Source: a virus
Taxonomy: Duplodnaviria > Heunggongvirae > Uroviricota > Caudoviricetes
Reading direction: 5' to 3' (one strand)
Virus record (IMG/VR): IMGVR_UViG_3300021400_000025
Span: 354,069 to 418,068 of that record
DNA: 64,000 nt
Made by a program: the position numbers and the translations under genes
Shown: positions 33,050 through 43,608 of the stretch, piece after piece
Numbering within the stretch: the stretch's first letter is position 1
Layout of the letters: every line of letters begins with the position of its first letter
The notes under the pieces: generated by a model
What the model saw: the letters and a program-made list of their open reading frames with translations, nothing else
Told to the model about the DNA's origin: nothing
Database searches by the model: none

Positions 33050-33162
33050 GTTGGCTTGAACTTGAATCAAGGGTATTTACCATTTTCGCGACAACCCCAT
33101 TTGTTTTCATCCATAATTATTGTAAATAATGATGGACAATTTTCAAGACAGGTGAAATTGAG

Positions 33163-34098
33163 ATGGTTAAAGGATTTCTTGGAATAGAATACTCCACAGA
33201 CGAGATAAGGAATGGAAGGTTCGTAGATGGAACTCTGGAAAGGGACTTCATCTCCACAAGATACGATATGTTGAGAAGAGCCGACAAGAGGTTCTTCAAC
33301 GAAAGCGAATGGAGGAAAAACACGGTCGAGGCAAGACAAGAGTTCCTGAAGATGATGGAACAAGCCGAGGAAAGGAACAGAATTGACCTTGACCATGGCG
33401 ATGATGAAAACGATGCGATTGAAGCAGACACATTCACATACGATGGTTCAGAGAAGCCACCAAAGAAGGTGAAGACCCTCATCATCTCCTCCGAAGTGCA
33501 GGAAATCCCAGATGGCGAGTTCAAGGACTTGTCGGAACTGATTTCAATAGTGTTCCCAGAAGATGCGACAGACCTCAAGATTGGAAAGAACGCATTCGAG
33601 AATTGCCCGAAGCTGACCTCAATCAGATTGAATGGTGTGACGTTCATCGGAGACGAAGCTTTCCTCAACTGCTCTGAACTTGTGGCAGTTGAACTTGGCT
33701 CGTCCATCCAGCACATTGGCATGGGCGCGTTCAAGAACTGCTCCTCTTTGGCATCCACGTCAATCCCACCAAACGTCACCTTCATCGGGGACTATGCGTT
33801 CGCAAACTGCCCTGATTTGAAGACTGCGACAATCATGGATGGCGTAGTTGAGATTCCAGCATATTGCTTCCAGAACGACACCTCGTTGGAGCAAGTTATC
33901 CTTCCAACCTCAATAGAGAAGGTTGGCGAGAAAGCCTTTGAGAACTGCCCCAACGTGGAGGTTTACGTCCCAACCATGGACAGAGACGAGGCAGAGGAAC
34001 TTCTGGGCGTGAAGATGGTGGCAAAGGCAGAGGACGATGACACAATCCTCAAATGCGACCAAGACTACATCGTGAGACTTTACAAAGACCTTTACTGA
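33163..34098 (+). CDS. BspA-type LRR protein
   Basis: [36 protein letters not shown] repeats. Confidence 0.88.
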   Translation: MVKGFLGIEYSTDEIRNGRFVDGTLERDFISTRYDMLRRADKRFFNESEWRKNTVEARQEFLKMMEQAEERNRIDLDHGDDENDAIEADTFTYDGSEKPPKKVKTLIISSEVQEIPDGEFKDLSELISIVFPEDATDLKIGKNAFENCPKLTSIRLNGVTFIGDEAFLNCSELVAVELGSSIQHIGMGAFKNCSSLASTSIPPNVTFIGDYAFANCPDLKTATIMDGVVEIPAYCFQNDTSLEQVILPTSIEKVGEKAFENCPNVEVYVPTMDRDEAEELLGVKMVAKAEDDDTILKCDQDYIVRLYKDLY

Positions 34099-34111
34099 GG
34101 AGACATTGAAG

Positions 34112-34666
34112 ATGAAATGGTACAGACTTTACAAAGAATCATCTGATTCAGACTTCGTGATAAAAAATGGAGTTCTTAAAAAGTATACAGGCAGGGGTGG
34201 AAATGTTGTCATTCCAGATGGCGTGACGAGCATCGGGGATTATGCGTTCAACCGTTGCGCCAATCTGACGAGCATTACTATCCCTGACAGCGTAACGAGC
34301 ATCGGGCAGTAGGCGTTCAACCTTTGCATTAGTCTGACGGGTGTGACAATTAAAGGTGACTTGAAAAGCATCGGGAAATGGGCGTTCTACCTTTGCACAG
34401 AACTCAAATCCATCCAGTTTACAAATAAAACAACTAAAGAGGCAAAAGACCTACTTAAAAACGCAGTTGAAGACATTTCAATCGCAAAGGGATTAAAGAA
34501 CAGAGCATTTATTGTACTGTTCAAGTATTCCCACAGAACGGAAGATGAACAAGAATTCTCTGCAAATTCTCCTGAAGAAGCAAGGAGGAAATTTGAGAAA
34601 TGGGCATCCGACATGGAATGTTCAGAGGACTTTGACTTTGAGTTCATTGACGCAAAGGAGGCATAA
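34112..34666 (+). CDS. BspA-type LRR protein (TAG 34310-34312 inside an LRR)
   Basis: [25 protein letters not shown]; [14 protein letters not shown] continues the repeat in frame. Confidence 0.8.
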
Positions 34667-34671
34667 CATTT

Positions 34672-35712
34672 ATGAAATTCTCAATATCATTCAAGTACAG
34701 CAACGTCACCTTCAAGAACAAGGAGACGAAGGAGACAATAGCCTACGACACAAAGGCTTCCGAGGGAAACATCTTCACGTTCGACAACGTTGACGAGGAC
34801 GTTGTGATTGGAATGCTGAAGGGACTCAAGGACAGAAAGGCAAGCCAGTTGTTCGCATATGACGATCTCCGCACCAACTTCATCAACGTGATGGCAAGGA
34901 ACAAGTGCAAGGAACTCTACGACAAGCTGGACAAGGCCGAGTGGAAGATTGAGGATATTGCAATCTCCAACATCACAATCAAGGATGTTGAATTCACAAA
35001 ACCAACAATGAACGCAAGAGAGGCAATAACCGTGGAAAGCATTTCCAAGAAAAACTACACGAAAGGGCATTATCCAACATATGTTGTGAAGGAACGCCTG
35101 GTTGATCTGATTGAAGGATGTCCAAGAGAAAACCCAATGTGGGCAGACCTTGTTGAGATATTGGAGAAATACTATGGTGAAGCAGCACTTGAACAGGTGA
35201 TGGAGAGCAGAAAAATGAAAAAACTAAACATAACGAAGGAGGCTTTTGAGAAAAGCCAATATTTCAAGAGGAAATACGGCAGACTTGAATATGTGTCAGA
35301 AAGTGGCAGAGTGTTCAAGACATCAAAGGGCAAGTTGCTCAAGTTCAAGGAATCTTTTGAAGATGATGACCCCGACTACTTCGGGGATGGTCAACTCCAT
35401 GTCTTTGACTATGGAGAAGATTGTCCGTTCAGTGAGCAATACATTGTCATGTACCCATCTGGAACAGTTCTTTACACAAATGCAAGCGGCTCTGTTTCCT
35501 ATTGGGACGAAGGCGACACAATGTCCTATTCAACCAGAAGCGAAATGGAGGACAACTTCGCCACTGGAGAAGATGTGGGCACAGGAAATGAATATGTGCC
35601 AACTGAAGTAAGTGACTTGACCTCGCTTCCAAACAAGTTGAAGAAAATGATTATACGAGCTGCCGGCAGCACAGGATATGACATAGACAAAGATGTTGAA
35701 ACTTACCTGTAA
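34672..35712 (+). CDS. Modular hypothetical protein with internal KKLNITK tag (35215-35355)
   Basis: The tag matches those at 3332, 60065 and 62955. Confidence 0.7.
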   Translation: MKFSISFKYSNVTFKNKETKETIAYDTKASEGNIFTFDNVDEDVVIGMLKGLKDRKASQLFAYDDLRTNFINVMARNKCKELYDKLDKAEWKIEDIAISNITIKDVEFTKPTMNAREAITVESISKKNYTKGHYPTYVVKERLVDLIEGCPRENPMWADLVEILEKYYGEAALEQVMESRKMKKLNITKEAFEKSQYFKRKYGRLEYVSESGRVFKTSKGKLLKFKESFEDDDPDYFGDGQLHVFDYGEDCPFSEQYIVMYPSGTVLYTNASGSVSYWDEGDTMSYSTRSEMEDNFATGEDVGTGNEYVPTEVSDLTSLPNKLKKMIIRAAGSTGYDIDKDVETYL

Positions 35713-35826
35713 GGATTTTCAGCCATAAGTTCATTGTAGCCCCTCTTGCAATCATGTAGGAGGGGTTGAATTTTTGTTTTGTCCTTCATAAATGGTAAAT
35801 ACCCTTGACAAACATAGGAATCTACA

Positions 35827-38097
35827 ATGGCTACATCAACAGACAGACTCGCTCCCAGGATATTGATAGAGGAACACGATCTCACGCCACCTGAACTGAA
35901 AATCAGAAAGCCACCAGTGACCCTTCTATTTGGTTTCGCACCCAAAGGCAGGACATGCGAAATGGTGGTGTGCAACACAGTGGCGCAAATCACTCAAGAG
36001 TTTGGAACTCCCACAACAGCGCCCGAGAAGTATTTTGTGGATTCTGCGATTAGACTTGTCCAGAACAACGCCACGGCGATAATGACGCGGCTTCCATATG
36101 ACAACGATCAATCGCATACGGTGAAGTATGTGGACTACAAGATTGAGCAGCCAATCGCGATGAAGGACATAGCCACAGTTCCACAAGAAAGCCGAATGAG
36201 GGAAAAAGACAACTCGGCGGTGACTGTCCTCAAGGAGATGCATGACCTTGACCCATTGATGACCCAATTGCAGAGGATAGTTCAAGTGGCGGACGTAAAC
36301 GAAACAAGAATCCATTCCATGTCCAACGAGGAACTTGTGGAGCTGGAGTTGGATCCCAAGAACAATCTGGATTCAAACACATTCAGAATAGTTGACATAG
36401 TGGGAGAACAATATGGGGTTGGAGCTGGGAAGGTGGAATATGCTGGGATATTCCCAGTAATCACCACTGCGCCAATGGCGTTGTATTATCAAGGAAGATT
36501 GCAGAACAGCAAGGAATTGGATCCCCACTTCAATCTTCTATACATAGACAATGGATTCGAGATGTCTGGACCATGGTATAGAAAGTCAGACCCAATGGAC
36601 GACATCTACAAGGCGAAACAGAGCCAAATCCTCTCCACAATACACCAGACACTGAACTTCGACACAACGACAAATCGGTTCCACAGAGCGGAATCGTTCC
36701 AAGACCAATGCGTCAAGAGATTCCCTCTGATGAACATGTTGCAGAAGAACAAGCTGGACAAGACTTTTCTGAACAACATAGGGTTGTTGGTATGCAAAAT
36801 GGCATGGGACGCAGACCAGCAGACCACGAGGTTGGAGATAGTGGAATCCTTCGTTGGAAAATTGGGAAATGGGAGGAACGCCATCGACAGAGTTGTGAAT
36901 TCTGAATCCAAATTGGTGCGGATGTACAAGAACCTCTCCATACCTGGGGAGACTGACTTCTTCGTGATGAACGATTAGACGATAACCTCCATCGGAATGA
37001 CACATCAGGAATGCTTGAAGTACATCAACTACAAGACATCAATAATCGATCCAATACAATACATGCTTGACAGCGCATATTCAGATGTGGATTCTCTGTA
37101 TCTGGACGCCATTCTGGATGCCGGACTGTCATCAACCGCCTTCATGGCACATGCCGCGAAACGCGCAGATGGACAATCGTTCAACGAAGACGAGACCGTG
37201 ACCACCATGGTGAATTGGGGGAAGATGGAGTTCCCACCAGAGGACAATGCCCAAGAATATGCGCAGGTGTGGAATCAAATCACGCGGATGTTCGGGGACT
37301 TCTGCCAGAATGTCCGTGGAGATTGCGTCTACATCGCAGATGGTCCAAGGATTCTCAACCTTGAGCGTAACTACCCAATCGCCAACTACACAGACATGGA
37401 CAACCAAGAGATGTTCAACAAGTTCCTTCCTCTGTTCAACGGCTACACGAACAACTATGTCGCGAGATACTGGAACTGGGTGTTCATAGAGGACATGCAA
37501 TGGCAGAACAGTGGCATATGGGTTCCTGGCTCTGTGGTGATGGGAAGCCAACTCGCAATCAATGACGCCAATGGAGAGGTATGGTACGCCCCAGCAGGAC
37601 AGCAGAGGGGACTGGTTCCAAATGCGTTCGATGTGAGCGTCAAGACCAAATCCTACAACCAAGAGAACGATTTACTGTATTCCAACCATTGGAACTTCTT
37701 CAACATATACCAGAACGAGGGTGTTGTGGTTGAAGGGCAGAAGACCATGCAGACAAGGAAGACCTCTCTGGACAGATTGAATGTAAGGAGAATGGTGTGC
37801 TGGATCAAGCAACAGGCAAGGATGATTGCCAACAGATACAAATACGAGCCTCACACCAAATCCACAAGAGATGGATTCAGAAACGACATGGAAGACATGC
37901 TTCGCAGAATCCAAAGAACAAATGGAATAAGCGACTATAGAATTCTGTGCGACGAAAGCAACAACCCCACGAGGACAATAGACATGCATGAGCTTCACTG
38001 CAAGATGGCGATAAGGCCGATAAAGGCTGTGGAGTACATTCTGATTGACTTGAACCTTGTCAATGGAAATGTGACAATGGACGAAGCCATGAGATGA
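35827..38097 (+). CDS. Contractile tail sheath protein (TAG 36976-36978 read through)
   Basis: N-terminal APRILIEEHDLT..GFAPKG..FGTP; C-terminal WYAPAG..RG, GQKT..LDRLNVRR, CDESNN, IRPIKAVEYI. The two halves are in frame. Confidence 0.92.
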
Positions 38098-38107
38098 CAA
38101 ATGCGAA

Positions 38108-38137
38108 AATGCCGAGATCAATCAGATCTCGGCATTC
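38108..38137. terminator. Hairpin between convergent genes
   Basis: AATGCCGAGATC-aatca-GATCTCGGCATT. Confidence 0.7.
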
Positions 38138-38164
38138 ATTGTCTAGAGGTTGAAGGTTTTTGCG

Positions 38165-39034
38165 TCACTCAACTTCAATGTTGGTGATTTGCTTTGGCTC
38201 GATTTTAATCTCATCAGGTTTACATTTAAGTCCATATACATATCCAATTTTAATATATTTATCAATGTCTCCTCTTTTAGCATATACTCTATCTTCTTTT
38301 CTTGATGAACCCTTAAGATGCAACCATTTTCTGCCAAGAATAGCCTTTCTTACTTTTTCATTTCTTTCTTTTAGTTTTTCTGGATATGACTCATAAAATC
38401 TTTTTCTTGACTCGTTTCTTTTCTATTTAGTCTTTAGTTTTTCTTCTTGAGATTTTTTATTAATGGTTTCATTTATTTTTCTTCTTGTTTCCTACTTTTC
38501 ATCAAGAGTTCTATTTCTTAAGCCAACTGATGTTTTTATACGATGCTATAAAAGTTCTTCTTCGGTTTTTCCTTCTTTCCAGCTTCTTTTGAACATTGGA
38601 TTATTGCTTCCAGACGAGTTTATCTTCCTTTTTTCTCGTAACTTGTCCATCTTTTCCTTTGGATAATTTTTCCAAGCATTTTTTAATATCTCACTAATGT
38701 TTTCACGATATTTTAATTTCAATGTTTCATATTGATTTGCAGATAGCATTTTTCCATATCGTTTATACCCAGCCATTATGAATAAAGCATTAACCATTTT
38801 GACATATTCACTTGAATTTTCTCCAAATTTTTCTGCATAAATCCTAACAAGTAGTTGATGACAAATAAAATGCTCCTTTAGTGTCAATCTAACTATGTTT
38901 GATGGTTCAGATATTAAATCTGGTCTAATACTTCGTGGAATTATATGATGTTTTTCATAAATGGCATCATCGGAAAGAGGTTCAACCTTCTTTCTCTTGT
39001 ATACAATATCATTATATATTTTTTCGTAGTTCAT
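38165..39034 (-). mobile_element. Free-standing HNH homing endonuclease gene, AT-rich, 3 in-frame TAG
   Basis: YEKHHIIPRS..NIVRLTLKEHFICHQLL and NUMOD-like GSNNPMF; frame continues past TAGs to TGA at 38165. Confidence 0.82.
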
Positions 39035-39178
39035 CTTTAGTTTCCTTTATTTTTACAACGTTGATACCAACAACGTTGTATCTCTATTTACAATATTTCT
39101 TTTAGAAAACAGTTAGGGGTCTGGAAGATGAAAACCAGACCCCAAATTGCTTGGTATACAATCTGTCCTGTTAAACTA

Positions 39179-39637
39179 TCACTTCACCTCAATTGTAATT
39201 GGAAGTGCTTTCTTTTCATCAAGTTTCTTAACCGGCAACTCAATGTAAAGAACACCATCTTCAGCTTTAGCTTCAATGGCATTTACATCTATCTATTCTG
39301 CTAAAGGAATAGAGAACGAATATGATTGATGTGAAATACCACAATAGTCCATGTCCTCATCCTTTATCTTGTTTTCAGAACCACAGTCAACCTTCAACAC
39401 GCCATCAAGGATTTCTACTTTTACCTCATCTTTCTTGAATGGTGTGTATACCATTTCAAGTTGATAACTTTCAATCTTTCCATCTTTATCTTTCTTGGTG
39501 ATTAGATTGTGAGGTCGTTTTATCCAGTGTTTCAACCCGCGTGATTCCTTGTTGAAATCGAAGTCCATAACTGCTTCGAGATTCTTAAACATGTTCCTAA
39601 ATGGAAACCATGCATCATTTAGCATTAGTTCATTCAT
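39179..39637 (-). CDS. Small heat-shock protein Hsp20 (TAG 39293-39295 read through)
   Basis: FSIPLAE*IDVNAIEAKAEDGVLYIELP..PITIEV completes the alpha-crystallin domain. Confidence 0.88.
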
Positions 39638-39755
39638 TTTTTATCCTCCTTGACTGTCTTTGTGATCAGTCTTGTCAGGTTTTTGGACTTGGTTGGATGG
39701 ATGTCTTCCTATCTTCCCTTGCCCAATAAGTATTTACAAAAATTCATTCAAAATG

Positions 39756-40415
39756 TCATGACGCATTCTCATGATTTTGGGCAAAGGCATTGTCGTCAAA
39801 CTTCGTGAATTTCCTGGACGAGCAATAGTCCGCAAGATGAACCATGAACTGCATTGGGGTTCTTGGCTTTGGCAACACAACCTCAGAGTGCTTGCTGGTG
39901 TTCCACTTCCCCATGTGCGTCTGAATGCAAGATGCTGCAACTGCGATGTCTTGCTTGAAGGACTCTTCGTCGTCAGAAGTTGATTCAATGAACTCCTTGT
40001 TCTCCTTCAAGAACCTCTCAGACTCGTCCATGACGAACTTGGCTGCAAGAATTGGATGCTCGAACAAAGTGTGCTCAGATATCCCATCTGCCGTCGGACC
40101 CCTTTTCCTGCAATCGTGGAACAAGGCTGCTAGGTACATTCCAGGCATGAACTCCGACATATCCTGCTCGTTCGCCTCCATCAGAATCTTCAACCAACGA
40201 TACACCATGAGGGAGTGGCGAGCCAGTCCACCTTCGCCAAGACTGAACTCAGGGTGGTGCTTTCCTGTAGAGGAGGCAGGCTCCGTCCAGAAATAGACAG
40301 GCACAGAATCCACAAGTTCAAGCGCGAACTTGCAAAGCACTGGCTTCATCGGGCCAAATTCGGACTTGATTGTGTCTCTGAACAATCCCTTCAATCCATC
40401 AACTGTTGTTTCCAT
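39756..40415 (-). CDS. HD-domain phosphohydrolase
   Basis: PASSTGKHH..GGLARH..ALFHD..HMG..HLADY. Confidence 0.85.
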   Translation of the reverse strand: METTVDGLKGLFRDTIKSEFGPMKPVLCKFALELVDSVPVYFWTEPASSTGKHHPEFSLGEGGLARHSLMVYRWLKILMEANEQDMSEFMPGMYLAALFHDCRKRGPTADGISEHTLFEHPILAAKFVMDESERFLKENKEFIESTSDDEESFKQDIAVAASCIQTHMGKWNTSKHSEVVLPKPRTPMQFMVHLADYCSSRKFTKFDDNAFAQNHENAS

Positions 40416-40428
40416 GCGTTTTCCCTCA

Positions 40429-41187
40429 TCATCTGAAGAATGTCACCAACGCTGAATTGGTCCGCGTCATGATTGACGATTCCACTTCCTTCAAGTCATG
40501 CCCTCTGGACAAGGCGCAGAACTCGTCGAACAATATTGGCACATCGAACTTCATCTTGTCAGTGCCTATTATGCCAGAATAGGTCTTGCCCGACAAGCAA
40601 CCAAAGACATCACCAAGGTAGGGAATGCTCTTGCCACACAAAGAGCGGACAATCCCAATCAAAGGTGTCTTCTCCACAACCTTTGAGATTTGTCCATCAA
40701 TCCATGCCATCATATCCACCAGAAAATCGGTGTTCTCGTTGAATGTGAAATGTGGTATATCGTTGTCGAATATCGTCTCATATCCCCCTCCACCACCAAA
40801 ATTGTCTGTTGTTGTCTGCTTCTGTCCATTCGTCTTTGAAATGTCTATGATTATGAAGTTCATCGCCTGTAGCAACTTCTTCATGTAGATTCGCTCCATG
40901 TTGGTCTTGCCACCCTCGTTCCAATTCTTGAATGCACTGGACACCACTATGTTGTTGTAGTTCACAATTGAAGTCAAATCAAATATGAACTCGTTGAACC
41001 AACTGTTCTCAGATGGAACTTCATCCACTATGTTGAACTCCATGATGTTCTTCACACCATTCCCATTCAAGAAGATGGAATGGATGTTGTCTGCAATTGA
41101 AATGGCGTGTGGGTTCTCGCCTATCAACATGATGTTGAACATCCCTATGCCATCCATCAATCTTTTTGCTGTGTTCTTTCGTCTCAT
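40429..41187 (-). CDS. Hypothetical protein
   Basis: ORF in operon. Confidence 0.6.
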   Translation of the reverse strand: MRRKNTAKRLMDGIGMFNIMLIGENPHAISIADNIHSIFLNGNGVKNIMEFNIVDEVPSENSWFNEFIFDLTSIVNYNNIVVSSAFKNWNEGGKTNMERIYMKKLLQAMNFIIIDISKTNGQKQTTTDNFGGGGGYETIFDNDIPHFTFNENTDFLVDMMAWIDGQISKVVEKTPLIGIVRSLCGKSIPYLGDVFGCLSGKTYSGIIGTDKMKFDVPILFDEFCALSRGHDLKEVESSIMTRTNSALVTFFR

Positions 41188-41215
41188 GTCTCTCTTCTCA
41201 ATCTCCTTTCTCTTC

Positions 41216-41788
41216 TCAAATAACCATGTTGGATGAAAGTATCTGCTTGATGTAGTTCACCAGCGTCACTTCGCTCACAGGCTGGTAGTCCCACAAATCA
41301 ACGCACACGTTTATGTTCAATACTTTGTTCACCTTGTCCACCAGATACTTCTCTCCATTCCACAATTCATGGCAATGTCCACATATGTTTATGTCTCCAG
41401 GCTTCAAGTGCAATCTGCTTCTTGGATCAGTGGATGGATAGTGGCACAAAACCACGTTGAACACCTTTCCAAGCACAAGGCGCATTGAAGATGCCATGCT
41501 TTTGACCCCATTCTGGGGGTCATGGTTTCCCTGGATGTTCACCACCGTGGAGTGGAAACGTTTTTGCGTCTCCTTCCACGGAAGCAACATCCCAGGTCTG
41601 CCATTATCGTCCTTGAGGCAGTACAAATCCCCTATATGGTACAAGATGTCGTCTGAATTGCTTGCAATCTCGTTGCAATTGTTTATCAACTTGTCGGTCA
41701 TCTCTATATTGTCCAAAAAGGGTCTTTTGCACAGCTCAAGGACTCTGCTTGACCCAAGATGCAAATCTGCTGTGAAGTATCTTCGCAT
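41216..41788 (-). CDS. Calcineurin-like metallophosphoesterase
   Basis: ADLHLG, HIGD, GNHD, CHYP, GHCH. Confidence 0.88.
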   Translation of the reverse strand: MRRYFTADLHLGSSRVLELCKRPFLDNIEMTDKLINNCNEIASNSDDILYHIGDLYCLKDDNGRPGMLLPWKETQKRFHSTVVNIQGNHDPQNGVKSMASSMRLVLGKVFNVVLCHYPSTDPRSRLHLKPGDINICGHCHELWNGEKYLVDKVNKVLNINVCVDLWDYQPVSEVTLVNYIKQILSSNMVI

Positions 41789-41830
41789 TTGGATTCGCCA
41801 TCTTGGTTTTTTCTTTCTTCGCCTCCGCCA

Positions 41831-42976
41831 TCAATTCAGCATTCCAGCAAGAATGTTCTCAATCTTGGAGTTGATGTCATCGTCTGCGGCTGGCGCAGGC
41901 TTCTCCACTTTCTTCTTCTCCTCCTGCTCCTTCTCCTTCTTCGGAGCAGGAGTGGTCTTCTTGGTGGGCGCAGGAGCTGGAATGTCGTCCGAATCCTCAT
42001 CCACATCCTTCGCCACTGGGTCTTCAACCACTGGCGCAACAGGCTTCACCGCCTCATCGTATGTGACAGGAGCCTTTGGCGCAGGAGCAATCAGATCCAT
42101 CGGGATGTCGTCGTTCATGGAGGCCTGTGCCGAGAAATGCTCAACATAGAACTGCTCCAGTTCCTCCTTCGTGGGAACAGTGTACCAGTTCGCGTCAAAC
42201 TGGACATCATCAACCAGCTCGTCCGTAAGCGAATCAAGGTGCTTCGGAGAGGTCGTGAAGCCAATGCGCGTGAAGCCGTTCTTCATGAAGCGGTACTCGT
42301 TGGGCTTGCCCTCGTTCTTGACCTTCTCGACCTTCCCCCAAGTGAAGAACAGGTCGCAAGCATCGTTGTTCCAGATTGGGGTGTTGTTCGCCTGTGACGC
42401 CTGAATCTGGGTGAGAAGAGCCTTGTAGCCATCCTCATCCAAGGTCATCACCTTCACAGAGCCGTTGCTTGCCTCATAGTTGGGGTCGTTCACCACATAC
42501 ACAAGGATCCGCGCGGCGAAGGTGTTGTGAAGAGCCTTCATCTTCGCCTTTGCCTCCTGGTTCTTGTAGTGGGAATCAGAGAAAGCCTTCCACGCGGCCC
42601 CATATGCGGCGCACATTGGACACTGGGTCTTGCTCAGCGTGCTGTTCGCCTTGACATAGTCAGTCTGAGGGCATACAATGGTATGCGACTTGCGGCGAGG
42701 CTTCTCGGGATCGTCCGGATTAGGAACATCCTCCCACACCTGATGGATGTGCTGGATGATGAACGGGAAGTCCCTGTAGTGGGCGAAATTGGAAGAGGAA
42801 ACGAAGTTGGAGTTGGGCTGCGTGTTGAGCAACCGAACACGATAGAACTTTCCTTCTTCCGTGGGGCGCAGGAACAACTGGCTTGTGTTCTTTGCGAATT
42901 CACGGGCTTTCCTCTGAGTGAGGAGTCCCGTCATGATTGAACTGGTCGGCATGCCGACATGTGCATTTGTCATCAT
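41831..42976 (-). CDS. Single-stranded DNA-binding protein, T4 gp32-like
   Basis: H..CP..CPMC zinc ligands, VYVVNDP..NGSVKV, acidic C-terminal tail; follows uvsY. Confidence 0.75.
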   Translation of the reverse strand: MMTNAHVGMPTSSIMTGLLTQRKAREFAKNTSQLFLRPTEEGKFYRVRLLNTQPNSNFVSSSNFAHYRDFPFIIQHIHQVWEDVPNPDDPEKPRRKSHTIVCPQTDYVKANSTLSKTQCPMCAAYGAAWKAFSDSHYKNQEAKAKMKALHNTFAARILVYVVNDPNYEASNGSVKVMTLDEDGYKALLTQIQASQANNTPIWNNDACDLFFTWGKVEKVKNEGKPNEYRFMKNGFTRIGFTTSPKHLDSLTDELVDDVQFDANWYTVPTKEELEQFYVEHFSAQASMNDDIPMDLIAPAPKAPVTYDEAVKPVAPVVEDPVAKDVDEDSDDIPAPAPTKKTTPAPKKEKEQEEKKKVEKPAPAADDDINSKIENILAGMLN

Positions 42977-43091
42977 TTTTACTTTACCTCTGTTTTTCTT
43001 GTTTCTGTTTTTACTTTCATCGGTTTCAGTGGCAACAACCATCTGAACATGATTATTTACACTTTCCCAATGAATAATTATACAAAAATCC

Positions 43092-43499
43092 TCATCCATT
43101 CAACTTGATAACCTCAATTGCGTTCTTGATGTTGTAGCCGAACTCGGACAACGATGAAATCGCTTGCGCTATGACCTCAAGGGACAGTTCAATGTTCTTC
43201 CTTGTCGCGTCAATCTTCTTCAATGTCTCGTCCTCTTGGTTGGCCGTCTTCAACTTGTCGAATGCGTTGCCCTTCGCCTTTGCCACCAGACTCTTCTGAT
43301 ATTCAGAGCGGATTGAGTTCAGCTTCTGCAAAGCCTCCTTCTCCTTCGCCATGTACCCAACCCATTTCGCCTTCATGGAGCTGGTTGTAAGGGACTTCTC
43401 CCTCAAGTTGGCGAGAGTCAGGTTCAAATCGTCCTTCAGTTCCCTTGAATACTGAATCGCAGGGCTTTCCTTTGCTTCAATGTCTTTGTTGCTGTCCAT
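43092..43499 (-). CDS. uvsY: UvsY-like recombination mediator
   Basis: Helical protein with KAKW and C-terminal GYNIKNAIEVIK. Confidence 0.7.
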   Translation of the reverse strand: MDSNKDIEAKESPAIQYSRELKDDLNLTLANLREKSLTTSSMKAKWVGYMAKEKEALQKLNSIRSEYQKSLVAKAKGNAFDKLKTANQEDETLKKIDATRKNIELSLEVIAQAISSLSEFGYNIKNAIEVIKLNG

Positions 43500-43608
43500 A
43501 AAAATCCTCAACATCATTATACACCAGATGAAACATATTGTAAAGATGTAAATATATTTTCAGTGCGACTTATGTATAATTGAACCAAACGAGGAAGATT
43601 GTCGAAAA

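Noticed and set aside
15564-34666. Diversity-generating retroelement acting on LRR genes
   Set aside because: No reverse transcriptase and no TR/VR pair with adenine-specific mismatches seen
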